Assembly: GCA_963841435.1 (NCBI GenBank)
Contig: CAWJCS010000006.1
Location: 1,344,001-1,408,000, forward strand
Length of the DNA: 64,000 bases
Source of the DNA: an uncultured delta proteobacterium
GTDB taxonomy: Bacteria; Myxococcota_A; Polyangia; Polyangiales; Polyangiaceae
Reading direction: 5' to 3'
In this document: piece after piece, positions 1 to 10,257 of the stretch
Layout: every line of letters starts with the position of its first letter
Numbering within the stretch: position 1 is the stretch's first letter
Made by a program: the position numbers and the translations under genes
The notes under the pieces: generated by a model
The model's input: the letters and a program-made list of their open reading frames with translations, nothing else
What the model was told of the DNA's origin: nothing
Database searches by the model: none

Positions 1-96
1 GTGGCGCAAGAGCTCCCAGACGCGCTCCGGCGGCGCAGCGAGGTCGGCGTGGTCGATCTCGGCGAGGCGAGGCGTCGCGAGCAGCTTCTCGAGCAT
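1..96 (-). CDS. 5' part of a probable SRPBCC/polyketide-cyclase-like protein (runs off left edge)
   Basis: Manual translation from ATG at 96: MLEKLLATPRLAEIDHADLAAPPERVWELLRH; APPERVW is typical of SRPBCC N-termini; not in ORF track because no stop lies in the window. Confidence 0.5.
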   Translation of the reverse strand, partial: MLEKLLATPRLAEIDHADLAAPPERVWELLRH

Positions 97-293
97 GATG
101 CCGCCCAGGGGTCGCAAGAGCCGTGCCGCCGGCGCAGCCCGACGCAGGGCTTGCTCGTCCCGAGCGCTCCGTGGCGCTGTCCGCTTCGACGCTTCGCGAA
201 TTGGACCGCCAGCGCGTAAGACCTGCGTTCGACGCTTGCCCCGGCGCAAGACGTGCAGAAGAAGCGCTCACCGCACTGTGCGCGTGAGTGCGC

Positions 294-791
294 TCACTCC
301 TTTCTGATCGCCCGCCAATCCTCGCGCAAGCGCAGGTGCAAGGCGGGGTCGGGCGCGCCGACACCGAGGCGTGCGAGCACGGCGAACGGCTCGTCGACGA
401 GCTCGGTGGGCACCGCCTGGGTGAGCATCTGCGCGCCCAGCATGGCGGTCTGCAGGGCCATCCGGTAGACCGGATTGAGCCGCACGGCGATGTAGAGACG
501 GCTCGGTCGAGTCGTGATCTCGGTTCGCCGCGCCGAGAACACGGCGCGTGCCTCGCGCGACAGGCTCGTCAACGAGCGCCAATCGTGGACGATCGTCGGA
601 GGCGCAGAGCCCTGGGTTTGGCCGAGCCACAGGAAGAGGTCGATCAACGCGTGCGCGTCGTCTGCACCCACGGTGGGCCCCAGGGTTTGCGTCACGACGG
701 CGCCTCGCTCCGGAAACACCCACGCGCGCCCGCTCGGAGAAAAGGCGATGCCCTCGGGCCAGGCATGCGCGGCGTCTTGGGCTAAAAGCAA
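294..791 (-). CDS. Hypothetical protein, STAS/SEC14 (SpoIIAA-like) type
   Basis: 165 aa, normal composition; IVHDWRSLTSLSREAR resembles the myxobacterial STAS/SEC14-like motif. Confidence 0.55.
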   Translation of the reverse strand: MLLAQDAAHAWPEGIAFSPSGRAWVFPERGAVVTQTLGPTVGADDAHALIDLFLWLGQTQGSAPPTIVHDWRSLTSLSREARAVFSARRTEITTRPSRLYIAVRLNPVYRMALQTAMLGAQMLTQAVPTELVDEPFAVLARLGVGAPDPALHLRLREDWRAIRKE

Positions 792-876
792 GGGTAGCCC
801 CCGAATATACCACGGAAAACGGCGCCTTTTCCCCGGGGCTTTGTCCCGAACCCGCCTTCCTCGGAGATAGACGATT

Positions 877-1617
877 TCAGAAGTAGACGAACATGCCGGC
901 CTGCAGCCCGAGGTCGGTCGTCTTCACGTCGGTCTTGGTCGTGACCTCCTGACCCATGCCGTTCAGCGTCGTCACCTTGTCGGACCCGCTGAGACCGATG
1001 TCGAAGATGGGCGCGACCTGAAACCCCACGTGTGGAACCGGGGTGATCACGAACGGCACCTCGAGCGTGAGCGCCAACGCGTTCGAGCTCGAATTGGGGT
1101 AGCCGTCGGTGTCCTCGCTGCCGCTGTGGACGAAGGTGATGCCACCGCGCGGCCAGATGCCGAGCATCGGTGTGAACATGAACGCGTAGCCCACGCGCGG
1201 AGCGAGCAGGAACCCGTTGGCGGTGCCCGTGTCCTGGGTTACGGACTGGCCGCCGCCCTCCTGTTTGACGCTTCCGGAGACATGGAAGTAGCCGATCGAG
1301 CCACCGACGCCGAGGCCGTTGATCACGAAGTAGTCGAAGGAAATCCTCGGGACCGCGTACCCGGTCGTGATGGGGCCGGTCGCATTCACGAGCAGGTTGA
1401 CGTTCGTGTACTTGTTCGTCGTCGTCACGTTGACGCCGCCGACGACGTTGTCCTGGCTCCGCGAAGTGAACACGATGCCGAATAGGCGCTCAGCGCCCAC
1501 GGCGAACTGGCCCTTCGAGCCGAACCCTGTTCCCGCTTCCTGGGCCGACGCGGTCCCCGCCCAACCGAGCCCCAAACCCAACACCAAGAACGCTCCGACC
1601 CTCATCGATGGACTCAT
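877..1617 (-). CDS. Outer-membrane beta-barrel protein
   Basis: Start reassigned to ATG 1617 (AGGGAG RBS upstream); signal peptide ending ASA; alternating beta-strands; C-terminal GMFVYF (Bam signal). Confidence 0.8.
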   Translation of the reverse strand: MSPSMRVGAFLVLGLGLGWAGTASAQEAGTGFGSKGQFAVGAERLFGIVFTSRSQDNVVGGVNVTTTNKYTNVNLLVNATGPITTGYAVPRISFDYFVINGLGVGGSIGYFHVSGSVKQEGGGQSVTQDTGTANGFLLAPRVGYAFMFTPMLGIWPRGGITFVHSGSEDTDGYPNSSSNALALTLEVPFVITPVPHVGFQVAPIFDIGLSGSDKVTTLNGMGQEVTTKTDVKTTDLGLQAGMFVYF

Positions 1618-1833
1618 ATGGATCTCCCTTTTGCGCTCTCTCGGGAGCGCTTCCGAGGTTCGTCGTGGAAACGACCGACCGGCGCATCCTACTCCGATCC
1701 TCGGACGGAGGTGCGTGTAGGTGCGGATGTAATGCCGTCCGGCCGCGGCGCCATCCAGGGCTGAAACGGCCGCAAAGCGTGGCGAGCTCGCGCGAGGCGC
1801 GCACGGTTCGGCGTCTCCGCTACCCTCTGACGC

Positions 1834-3258
1834 ATGCCGCTGAACGACGCCACGGCCCGCTGGGTTGACGAGGAGTACGAGCAATCGATCGTTCCGACCC
1901 TTTGCGAGTACGTCGCGATCCCGAACAAGTCGCCGTTCTTCGAGCGCGACTGGCGTGCGACCGGCCACATGGAGCGTGCCGTCGAGCTGCTCTCGGGCTG
2001 GGCGAGGGCGCGGCTGCCAGAGGGTGCGACGCTCGAGGTGGTGCGGCTCGGGGAGCGCACGCCCGTCATCCTGATCGATGTCCCTGGCAGTCCCGGTGGG
2101 GGCGGCGGGAGCGTGCTCTTGTACGGCCACCTCGACAAGCAGCCCGAGATGACGGGATGGCGGGCGGGTCTCGGCCCGTGGACACCAGTGCGCGAGGGAG
2201 AGCGCCTTTACGGGCGCGGCGTCGCCGACGACGGCTACGCGATCTTCGCGGCGCTGACCGCAGTGAACGCCGTGTGCCGCGACGGGCTGCCGCACGCGCG
2301 CTCGCTCATTCTCATCGAAGCCTGTGAGGAATCGGGCAGCGGGGATCTGCCAGCCTACGTCGAGCATCTCATGCCGAAGCTCGACGCGCTGTCGCTCGTC
2401 GTGTGCCTGGATTCCGGCTGCGCGAGCTACGATGCGCTCTGGGCAACGACGTCGCTTCGCGGGATCGTGCTCGGAACGCTCGAGGTGTCGCTGTTGCGAG
2501 AAGGCGTGCACTCGGGCGACGGCACGGGCGTCATCGCGGCGAGCGAGCGCGTGATGCGGGTCCTCCTGGATCGACTCGAGGAGAGCCGCACGGGCGTCGT
2601 ACTCCTGCCGGAGCTCTCGACGCCCATCCCAGCCGCACGCAGGCTTCAGGCGGAACGCGCCGCGGAGGTGCTCGGTGCCGAGGTCTGGAACAAGTTCCCC
2701 GTGCAGCCCGGGGTCGAGCCCGTGACGAAAGACGCAGCGGAGCTGATCCTCAACCGGACCTGGCGCGCCGGTCTCGCGGTGACGGCGGCCGAGGGCTTTC
2801 CGTCGCCCGAGAGCGCCGGCAACGTGCTGCGGCCCCTCACCAAGCTCATGCTGTCGATCCGCATCCCGCCGCGCGTGGATCCTGCGGTGGCGGCGCGCGC
2901 CGTGCAGACGGCCGTCGAGCGCGAGCCACCGTACGGCGCGAAGGTCACCTGGACCCCGATGGGGGCCGTCGCTGGCTGGGATGCTCCGGAGCTCTCGCCC
3001 TGGCTCGAGCGCGCGCTCGACGAGAGCTCGCTCCGCCGCTTCGGCAAACCCGCCTTTTACATGGGCGAGGGCGGCTCGATCCCTTTCATGCACATGCTCG
3101 GCCAGGCCTTCCCGAGCGCCGAGTTTTGCATCACCGGCGTGCTCGGGCCCGGCTCGAACGCCCACGGGCCCAACGAATTTTTGCATCTTCCGACGGCGAA
3201 GAAGCTAACACTCTGTGTGGCCGATGTGCTCGCAGCGCATGCCACGCGCGCGGGCTGA
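1834..3258 (+). CDS. M20/M25/M40 metallo-hydrolase (dipeptidase/ArgE-DapE-like)
   Basis: YGHLDKQP, YGRGVADDG, ACEESGS, NAHGPNE motifs. Confidence 0.92.
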   Translation: MPLNDATARWVDEEYEQSIVPTLCEYVAIPNKSPFFERDWRATGHMERAVELLSGWARARLPEGATLEVVRLGERTPVILIDVPGSPGGGGGSVLLYGHLDKQPEMTGWRAGLGPWTPVREGERLYGRGVADDGYAIFAALTAVNAVCRDGLPHARSLILIEACEESGSGDLPAYVEHLMPKLDALSLVVCLDSGCASYDALWATTSLRGIVLGTLEVSLLREGVHSGDGTGVIAASERVMRVLLDRLEESRTGVVLLPELSTPIPAARRLQAERAAEVLGAEVWNKFPVQPGVEPVTKDAAELILNRTWRAGLAVTAAEGFPSPESAGNVLRPLTKLMLSIRIPPRVDPAVAARAVQTAVEREPPYGAKVTWTPMGAVAGWDAPELSPWLERALDESSLRRFGKPAFYMGEGGSIPFMHMLGQAFPSAEFCITGVLGPGSNAHGPNEFLHLPTAKKLTLCVADVLAAHATRAG

Positions 3259-3263
3259 CGAGC

Positions 3264-3986
3264 TCACTCGCTCCGCGTGCCGTCGATGCGATAGCGCGCG
3301 AGGTCGAGGTGAAAGTGGTTTCGGTGCAGGGAGTCGAACGCGGGCGTGATGACGACCGAAAAGACGTCCTCGTCGTAGAGTCGATGCGAAAGCGCGTCGA
3401 GAAAGCGAGCTTGCGTGCGACGGGGCTCGCGGTCGAACCGTCCGAAGCTCCCGAGGACCGAGATCCGCCTGCCGTCTTCGAGAACGAAGCTTTCGATGTC
3501 GATGGCGTTCGCGTAGCTGTGTTCGCTCACCCAGTCGGGAAAGCGCGCCATCTTGCGGCAATTGTAGGTGCCGAGGTGGGCGATCCGGACGACGCGCTTG
3601 CCGAAGACCCGGCGCGCCTCCTCTTCGAGCACGTGCTCGAAGCGTGAGAGGGCGAGTGCCATGCCGCAGCTCAGGACCAGCGACGAGCCGTAGCGGATTT
3701 TCTCGGGTCCGCTGCGGTAGACGACGGCCTGTGACGCGCCGCAGGAGGGCACGCCGTGGCGGCCGGGCCGGACGGGCAGGGAAGCGCGCTCGAATTTCAC
3801 GCCAGCCGCCGCGAGCTGGTCCTCGCAGCCCGCGATCTCTTCGGGCGGGGCGACGACGAAATCGTTGTCCGGATCGTGGTCGGCCATGGGCCGGGCGACG
3901 GTGAACACTTCGTCCCGAGCGGCCGCGGGAGCACCGGGTGCGAGCCCGAGCACCGCGATTCCTGCGGCTGCGAAAAGCGGCGTCAT
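3264..3986 (-). CDS. Extensin-like C-terminal domain protein (peptidase M15-like fold)
   Basis: HLGTYNCR, SEHSYANAIDI, HRNHFHLDL motifs; signal-like N-terminus from ATG 3986. Confidence 0.85.
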   Translation of the reverse strand: MTPLFAAAGIAVLGLAPGAPAAARDEVFTVARPMADHDPDNDFVVAPPEEIAGCEDQLAAAGVKFERASLPVRPGRHGVPSCGASQAVVYRSGPEKIRYGSSLVLSCGMALALSRFEHVLEEEARRVFGKRVVRIAHLGTYNCRKMARFPDWVSEHSYANAIDIESFVLEDGRRISVLGSFGRFDREPRRTQARFLDALSHRLYDEDVFSVVITPAFDSLHRNHFHLDLARYRIDGTRSE

Positions 3987-4289
3987 CCATCGCTTGGCAG
4001 CGAACGGGGTGGTCACTCGACGTTCGACGGGGCGAGCGTGCGGGAGCTTCGAAAGCACGGATTTTTCCCGGAAGGCTGACACTCCCGTCGCCGGTTTTCT
4101 TGGGTGGCGCGAGCCGTGCAGCGACGACGACGCGAGCCGCGGCTGCGCCGTGCCACGCGGCCAAGCGGTTGACCCATCAGGATGCATCACGCAATATTGT
4201 GGCGATGACGGAACATCGATGGCGGCTTGTGCCGGCGCCGCTACCGCGCGAAGAAATCACGCGGACCCGCCGGGCGGGGATAGTGTCGT

Positions 4290-5912
4290 ATGCGACGAGC
4301 CATCGTTTCTGCATTCTTGTTCGCGAGCGCGTGGGGTACGGCGTGCAGCAGCGAGAACGGCACGTCGGATCCGGGCGCCGGGAGCGCGGGTCTTCCTGCC
4401 GCGGGCTCGAACGGGAGCGGTGCCGGCGGCGCAACGGCTGGTAGCGCTACGGTCGGCGGTAGCTCGGGCTCTGGAGGCTCGGGCGGCGGTGTGGAGCAGG
4501 GTGGCAGCAGCGGGCAAGCCGTTGGCGGTGCCGGCGGCGACACGGCGGCGAGCGGCGGTTCGGGGGGAGCGTCCGCGGGTTCGTCGGGTGACGGTGGCAA
4601 CGCTGGGGCGGCCAAAGGTGGCATGGCGGGCGGGGCGAGCGGCAGCGCCGGTGACGCGCCCGTGAGCTGCGATGCCGGCGAAAAGCCCGCGATCGGCGGG
4701 CTCGGCATCGAAACCGCGCTCACGAGCAGCGAGCTCGTGGGGATGACGTACGCGGTTCAGCCGCCCGACTCGGACGACTGGTACCTCGTCGAGCAGCGCG
4801 GGCGGATTGTCGTGTTCGCCGACGGTGCCCTCCGCCCGACGCCGTTTTTCGACGTGCGCGCTCAGATCACGCTCGATGCCTCCTACGACGAGCGCGGCCT
4901 CCACTCCATTGCCTTCCCGCCCGACTTCGCGACGAGCGGCCTTTTTTACATCGTCATGACGCCGACGAGCGGCGCGAACGCGAACCGCGATCTCGTGCTC
5001 GAACACCGGCTCTCGACCAGTGACCCCTACGTTGCGGACATGACGCCCGTTCGCGAGATCCTGAGTCTCGAGGGCGCGCCCACGAGCGTGGGCATGTTTG
5101 CCAACCTGCACAACGCCTACACGGCGAAGTTCGGCCCGGACGGCATGCTCTACGTTGGCATGGGTGATGGCGGCGGAAGCTGCAACGACAACCCTGGGTT
5201 CGAAGACCGGCCGCAGGACATTGCGTCGCCGAACGGCAAGCTGTTGCGCCTCGATCCTTCCGCCGACGCGCCCTACGGCGCGGCCGACAACCCGTTCGTC
5301 AACGACGGTGACCCGCGGGTGCTCCACTACGGCCTGAGAAATCCCTTCCGCTTCGGCTGGGACGCGGTGACGGGCGACCTTTACATCGGCGACGTGGGTC
5401 AGGACACGCACGAGGAGCTCGACGTGGCGCCCGCCGGCGCCAAGGGCCTGAACTTCGGCTGGGCGAGCGAGGAAGGCGACGAAGCGACCTGTCCGGGGCG
5501 CGCGTTGCGCGACGGCGCGACGGTGACCCCGCCCATCTTCTTCACCTCTCACGGCGGTGGCAGCGGGCTCGCCCCGGCGTGCTCGGCGTCGCCGTTCTGC
5601 GACTACAGCGCGATCGTCGCCGGTGCGGTGTACCGCGGGACCGGGCTTCCGGCCCTACAGGGCGTGTACCTGTTCGGTGACTGGGCCGGCGACAACCTGG
5701 CGGCGCTCTATCACTGCGGGGATCAGACCTCCGACGTGACGGTCATCGACTACGTTCGGGACGCGAACCTTCCCGACGACGGGTACCTCGTGAAGGTCGG
5801 CACCAACGTGCCGGATCTCGACTCGCTGACGGCCATCGTGGAGGATCACGCGCGCGAGCTCTACCTCGTCGTCAACGGCAACAGCTTGCTCAAGATCGTG
5901 CCCGCGCCGTGA
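4290..5912 (+). CDS. PQQ-dependent sugar dehydrogenase (GSDH beta-propeller) lipoprotein
   Basis: Lipobox GTAC, Gly/Ser linker, ERGLHSIAF, FGPDGMLYVGMGDGG, YGLRNPFR, GDVGQD. Confidence 0.9.
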   Translation: MRRAIVSAFLFASAWGTACSSENGTSDPGAGSAGLPAAGSNGSGAGGATAGSATVGGSSGSGGSGGGVEQGGSSGQAVGGAGGDTAASGGSGGASAGSSGDGGNAGAAKGGMAGGASGSAGDAPVSCDAGEKPAIGGLGIETALTSSELVGMTYAVQPPDSDDWYLVEQRGRIVVFADGALRPTPFFDVRAQITLDASYDERGLHSIAFPPDFATSGLFYIVMTPTSGANANRDLVLEHRLSTSDPYVADMTPVREILSLEGAPTSVGMFANLHNAYTAKFGPDGMLYVGMGDGGGSCNDNPGFEDRPQDIASPNGKLLRLDPSADAPYGAADNPFVNDGDPRVLHYGLRNPFRFGWDAVTGDLYIGDVGQDTHEELDVAPAGAKGLNFGWASEEGDEATCPGRALRDGATVTPPIFFTSHGGGSGLAPACSASPFCDYSAIVAGAVYRGTGLPALQGVYLFGDWAGDNLAALYHCGDQTSDVTVIDYVRDANLPDDGYLVKVGTNVPDLDSLTAIVEDHARELYLVVNGNSLLKIVPAP

Positions 5913-7024
5913 CACCGAGTTCGCGCCGACACCACTTCCGAACGGCCCTGCTCCTCGCGCTCTCGGCCTGTGGTGGGCAGGACCCGGGGGCGCGGGCCGG
6001 CGGAAACGCGGGCCCGGTTTGCCGCGATTTCGTGAAACCGAGCGACTGCTCGATCCCCTCGGGCGCGGTGCTTCCGGGGGAGCTTCGCTGCACGGGGCTG
6101 TACGCGGACTTCGAGGCTCGCGAGCTCTCGTGTGGTGTCCAAGCGTACACGCCGACCTTCGTGCTCTGGTCCGACGGCGCCGTGAAGCAACGCTACGTGT
6201 CCCTGCCGGAAGGCTCGACGATCGACGTGAGCGAGCCGGACGCCTTCGTCTACCCGGTGGGCACTCGCTTCTGGAAGGAGTTCGCGCTCGAAGCGCCGAT
6301 GGGCCTCCGTCGCGCGGAGACGCGGCTGCTCGAAAAGAGCGAGGCCGGCTGGATCTACACGACGTACGTTTGGTCCGCCGATCAGACGACCGCCGTGCAG
6401 ACCAACGACGGCGTGCCGAACCTCGACGAAACCGGACACACCGTGCCCTCGCGCGTGCAATGTAAGGAATGCCACGCGGGGCGCGCCGATTACGTGCTCG
6501 GCTGGGACGCCTTGATGCTCGGCGATGGCGCGACCGGCCTCAACCTCGCCACGCTCGAGCAGCGTGGACTTCTCACGTGGAACGGTCAGGCAACCGGCGC
6601 GCCGAGCCCGCTTTCTCTCACGGTCCCGGGCGAGGACGCGGATCGCGCGGCGCTCGGCTACCTGCACGCGAACTGCGGCGTGAGCTGCCACAACGGCACG
6701 TCGCCGGCCCTCGCGCGCGAGACCGGTTTCTTCACCCGACTCGACGCCGGGACGCTCGCGAGCGTCGCAGCGACGGCGGTCGTCACGACGGGGACCGGTC
6801 GTCCGCCGAGCCCCAATGCCCCCCTTGGCGGTCTGCCCGAGCCCGACGGCGGGTTCTTCGATCTCGTGCCGGCCAATCCGGAGCAGAGCTTGCTCCTCGC
6901 GCGCATGAAGGTGCGCGGCATCGATGCCCAGATGCCTCGCGTCGCGACGAACGTGGTCAACCCAGCGGGTGTCGAAGCCGTGGAGGCGTGGATCCTGGGG
7001 CTGACCCGCGAACGGGGATTCTGA
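5909..7024 (+). CDS. SO2930-like diheme c-type cytochrome lipoprotein
   Basis: Lipobox LSAC; LWSDGAVKQR, YPVGTRFWKEF, ETRLL; CKECH and YLHANCGVSCH; QMP near C-terminus; overlaps GSDH stop (GTGA). Confidence 0.75.
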   Translation: MTPSSRRHHFRTALLLALSACGGQDPGARAGGNAGPVCRDFVKPSDCSIPSGAVLPGELRCTGLYADFEARELSCGVQAYTPTFVLWSDGAVKQRYVSLPEGSTIDVSEPDAFVYPVGTRFWKEFALEAPMGLRRAETRLLEKSEAGWIYTTYVWSADQTTAVQTNDGVPNLDETGHTVPSRVQCKECHAGRADYVLGWDALMLGDGATGLNLATLEQRGLLTWNGQATGAPSPLSLTVPGEDADRAALGYLHANCGVSCHNGTSPALARETGFFTRLDAGTLASVAATAVVTTGTGRPPSPNAPLGGLPEPDGGFFDLVPANPEQSLLLARMKVRGIDAQMPRVATNVVNPAGVEAVEAWILGLTRERGF

Positions 7025-7151
7025 GGCGGGCCCTACGGACAGCGTGGGCCGAGGATCGTGCCGGCCGCGAGTCGCCCGTCGAGGACCCAGACCGCCGGAT
7101 TGAGCGGGCGCAACGCCGAGCACTCCGAGACGTTCGCGTTTCGTCGTGCGT

Positions 7152-8573
7152 TCAGCGTCGCCGGCGGCGCCAGAGCCCGGCTGCTGCGAGCACCAGGGAA
7201 AGCAGCGCCGAGTGCGACGCCCCGCGCGTGCGGACGCTGCATGTTCCGCACCCGCCGGCGTCCGCGGCGCCGGTCATCGGTGCCGCGCTGCTGGCCCCTG
7301 CGCTGCCGCTCGGCGTGCCCCCGGTCGCGGCGGCACCCGCCGACGCCGCGGAAGCTCCTGCCGCCGAGCCGCCCACGCCGCCCACGCCGCCCACGCCGCT
7401 CGCGCCGCCGACTCCGCCGCCGGCCGCGCCGCCGGAGCTTGCACCCGCTGTCGCGCTTCCGCCCGCGCCAGCGCCGCCGCTTGCCGAAGCGCCTGCGCCA
7501 CCACTCGCGCTGCCGGCCGCGCCCATGCCACCGGACCCGGCGCCTGCGGCGGCCGCACCGCTCGTGCCCGCTTCGCCTGCCGTGCCGGCGCCGCTCCCAC
7601 CCGCGCCTCCGCGGCCGGCCGTTGTGACCGTGATGGACACCGGCGCCGACGTGGCGGACGCTCCCGTCGCGTCGGTTGCGTTGGCGGTTAACGTGTACGA
7701 ACCGGGGGCAGCATCGGTCCACCTTGCCGTGAACGGCGACTGTGCCGTCGTCGCGAGCGACGTGGCTCCCTGTAAAAACTCGACCGACGCGATGGGCACC
7801 GTGCCCCCCGATGCCGTGGCGGCAAGGTCAACGAGCGGGCCCGCCACGGAGGCGCCCGCTACGGGGGTCGTGAGGGCGACGTCGGGCACTCGCAGCAGGC
7901 CGTCGTGCATCACCTGGGCCACGACGACGTACCCTGCATCGTTGGGGTGCACGCCGTCGGTGAAATTCTCGGGGTGCGCGGCCGTCGGCGCGTCGAGATC
8001 GATGGTCGGCAGTCCCTTCTGCATCGCCACCTGTTGGATCACGGGGTCTATCTCGTCGTGGATGATCGTGCCGCTGATGTCGAACCCGTTCGAAAATGCC
8101 GCCAACGGGAGCGCCAGGTAAACCACGGGGTGCGTTGACAACCCCGTGAAATGGTCGGCCATGGCCGAAAGGTCGGTCATGAACGCCGCGGCGCGCGTGC
8201 CGCCATTGACCATCCAGTTGTACGACTTCGAGTCGTTCGTGCCGAGCATGATGATCACGTTAACGACGGCACTCGCGCCCGCGCCGGACACGAAGCTCGT
8301 CGCGGCCGTGTACTCGCTCTGGTTCACGTAGGGTAAGTCCCCCGCGCTCAGCAGCGTGGCGCCCGAGTGTCCGAAATTTTGCACGACGACGCCCGAGCCG
8401 AAGAGCGCCTGGAGATCGGCCGGGTACGTTTTCGTGCCCGACGACGAGCCGACCCCCGCCGTGATGCTGTCACCGACGCACGCGACGTGAGTCGGCATGC
8501 GAGGCTCGGCGAGGGCAGGGGTGGCCGAAAGCACGGCCAGCGCGAGCGGCCCGACGATGCGACGAAGGGTCAT
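7152..8573 (-). CDS. SGNH/GDSL hydrolase with Ig-like domain and MYXO-CTERM-like tail
   Basis: VGDSIT, FGHSGAT, MLGTND, DGVHPN; Big-like domain; Gly-rich linker; GGCGTCSV + TM + RRRRR. Confidence 0.88.
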   Translation of the reverse strand: MTLRRIVGPLALAVLSATPALAEPRMPTHVACVGDSITAGVGSSSGTKTYPADLQALFGSGVVVQNFGHSGATLLSAGDLPYVNQSEYTAATSFVSGAGASAVVNVIIMLGTNDSKSYNWMVNGGTRAAAFMTDLSAMADHFTGLSTHPVVYLALPLAAFSNGFDISGTIIHDEIDPVIQQVAMQKGLPTIDLDAPTAAHPENFTDGVHPNDAGYVVVAQVMHDGLLRVPDVALTTPVAGASVAGPLVDLAATASGGTVPIASVEFLQGATSLATTAQSPFTARWTDAAPGSYTLTANATDATGASATSAPVSITVTTAGRGGAGGSGAGTAGEAGTSGAAAAGAGSGGMGAAGSASGGAGASASGGAGAGGSATAGASSGGAAGGGVGGASGVGGVGGVGGSAAGASAASAGAAATGGTPSGSAGASSAAPMTGAADAGGCGTCSVRTRGASHSALLSLVLAAAGLWRRRRR

Positions 8574-8602
8574 GGTTGGGACGCTCGGGTCATACGTCAC
8601 CG

Positions 8603-8740
8603 TGGTCGCAGATCAAGAGCGGCATCGAAGCTGGTGACTTTTTGCTGGTTCAGTTCGGTCACAACGACGAAACCCACGATTGCCCCCGCTACGTGAGCAC
8701 CGCCGACTACGAGATCGACCTCGGCATCATGGCGGACACT
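8603..8740 (+). pseudogene. Internal fragment of a rhamnogalacturonan acetylesterase-like (CE12, SGNH) gene
   Basis: WSQIKSGIEAGDFLLVQFGHNDE matches the GD(Y/F)xxxQFGHND block; no GDS or DxxH blocks on either side. Confidence 0.65.
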
Positions 8741-8836
8741 GAAATAGACGGCGCTCAGCGTGCGTGCAGCCGCGGGGCTCGGCAGGCTGTTCGCCATCAA
8801 CGTCGCACCGGGCGGCTCGCGCGCTATAAGTCCGCG

Positions 8837-9031
8837 ATGTCGGACTCGATGCGCGGACCTCTTTTTTGCCCTTGGTGCGGCGAGCCCGCCGACATCCACA
8901 TCGACGAGGGCGCCGGCAGCCACCAAGAATACGTCGAGGACTGCGCCGTGTGCTGTCACCCGTGCGTCATCACCGTCGAGCCCGCCGACGACGAGGACGA
9001 CCCGCCCGTCGTGGGCATTGAGCGGGAATAG
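8837..9031 (+). CDS. CPXCG-motif cysteine-rich protein
   Basis: CPWCGE...QEYVEDCAVCCHP, 64 aa. Confidence 0.85.
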   Translation: MSDSMRGPLFCPWCGEPADIHIDEGAGSHQEYVEDCAVCCHPCVITVEPADDEDDPPVVGIERE

Positions 9032-9039
9032 GGCGTCGC

Positions 9040-9294
9040 TCAAAGCTGGGAAGAACGCGCCGAAGCTGGCTCCCGAGCGATCGAAAGCGCGATGGCACCC
9101 ACCGACCGTGTCCGCTCGGCGCGCCCGCGTGCCGCACTTTCGAGCTGAGTGGCTCTTTCCTGGGCGCGCGCGCGGACGACCAAGATCGCAGCGGTAGCGG
9201 CTCCTGCGAGCACCACGGCCCCCAAAAGGACCCAGAAGATCGGCCGCGCTCCGGCCGCTCGGGTCGGCAGGTTCCCGGCGGGTTCCGGCCCCAT
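9040..9294 (-). CDS. Small single-TM hypothetical protein (possibly a truncated gene)
   Basis: Hydrophobic stretch IFWVLLGAVVLAGAATAAILVV. Confidence 0.35.
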   Translation of the reverse strand: MGPEPAGNLPTRAAGARPIFWVLLGAVVLAGAATAAILVVRARAQERATQLESAARGRAERTRSVGAIALSIAREPASARSSQL

Positions 9295-9432
9295 GAGCCC
9301 ATAGTCTCGCTCGGCGGCGACTCCTCACGCAAGTCTAGCCTTCGCCCCGCCTCCGACGACAGCCTCCACGCGTCAGGCCGGGCAGAATCCGGTGCTGATC
9401 GCGCTAGGGTGTCCGCACAAAGGAGCCACGCC

Positions 9433-10257
9433 ATGAACAGCGAAGCCTGGTCGTCCACGGTGAGTCCGCGACTCGAGCGCATGAGCGAGACCCTGGGTCT
9501 CTCGCCAGGCGTACTCGAAGCGCTCTTGATCTTGGTCTTCGGCTTGCTCGCCGCGCTCGTCCTCGGGCGCGTCGCGCGGCGCCTCGCCGGCCGCGGCGCG
9601 CGCCTGATCGCGGGTCTTTACCACTCGGCGCGCGATCTGCCGGACACGAGCCGCATCGAGCACGCCGTGGGGCGCTCCGTGTACTGGCTCGTGGTCGTGT
9701 GCGCGGCCATGGCCGCCACCGAAACCTTGGGCCTGCCGGTCGTGACCACCTGGCTCTCCGGCGTCGCGACCTTCGTGCCCCGCGTGGCAGTGGCGATCTT
9801 CATCGTCGCGCTCGGCGTCGTGGCGGCGCGGGTAGCGCGCCAGGTGGTTCAGGGCGCGGCCGCGTCTGCCCGGCTTCCGGCGGCCGAGCGGCTGGGACGC
9901 GTGACGGAGCTGGTGCTCCTGGTCTCGACGGCGCTCATCGCCATCGAGCAACTGGGAATCGAGATCTCGTTCCTGAAGACGGCGCTCCTGCTCTGCTTGG
10001 GCGCGCTGCTCGCCGGGGCCGCGCTCGCGTTCGGGCTCGGCGGGCGCGAGCTCGTGGCGAACATCCTGGCGGCGCACTACGTGCACAAGCTCTACCAGGT
10101 GGGCCAGACCGTGCGCATCGACGACGCCGAGGGACGCATCGTGCGCTTCACCGAGACGAGCGTGGTGCTCGACGGACCGGACGGTCAGATCGCGGTGCCG
10201 GCCCGGCGCTTTTCGGACCTACGCTCCACGCTGGTCGGCGCGGCGAGGCCGTCGTGA
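9433..10257 (+). CDS. Mechanosensitive channel MscS/CmpX-like membrane protein
   Basis: Multiple TMs, ALAFGLGGRELVANILA, YQVGQTVRID beta-domain. Confidence 0.8.
   Translation: MNSEAWSSTVSPRLERMSETLGLSPGVLEALLILVFGLLAALVLGRVARRLAGRGARLIAGLYHSARDLPDTSRIEHAVGRSVYWLVVVCAAMAATETLGLPVVTTWLSGVATFVPRVAVAIFIVALGVVAARVARQVVQGAAASARLPAAERLGRVTELVLLVSTALIAIEQLGIEISFLKTALLLCLGALLAGAALAFGLGGRELVANILAAHYVHKLYQVGQTVRIDDAEGRIVRFTETSVVLDGPDGQIAVPARRFSDLRSTLVGAARPS

Noticed and set aside
877-3186. 769-aa ORF
   Set aside because: The N-terminal part is antisense shadow of the M20 peptidase; the real gene starts at 1617
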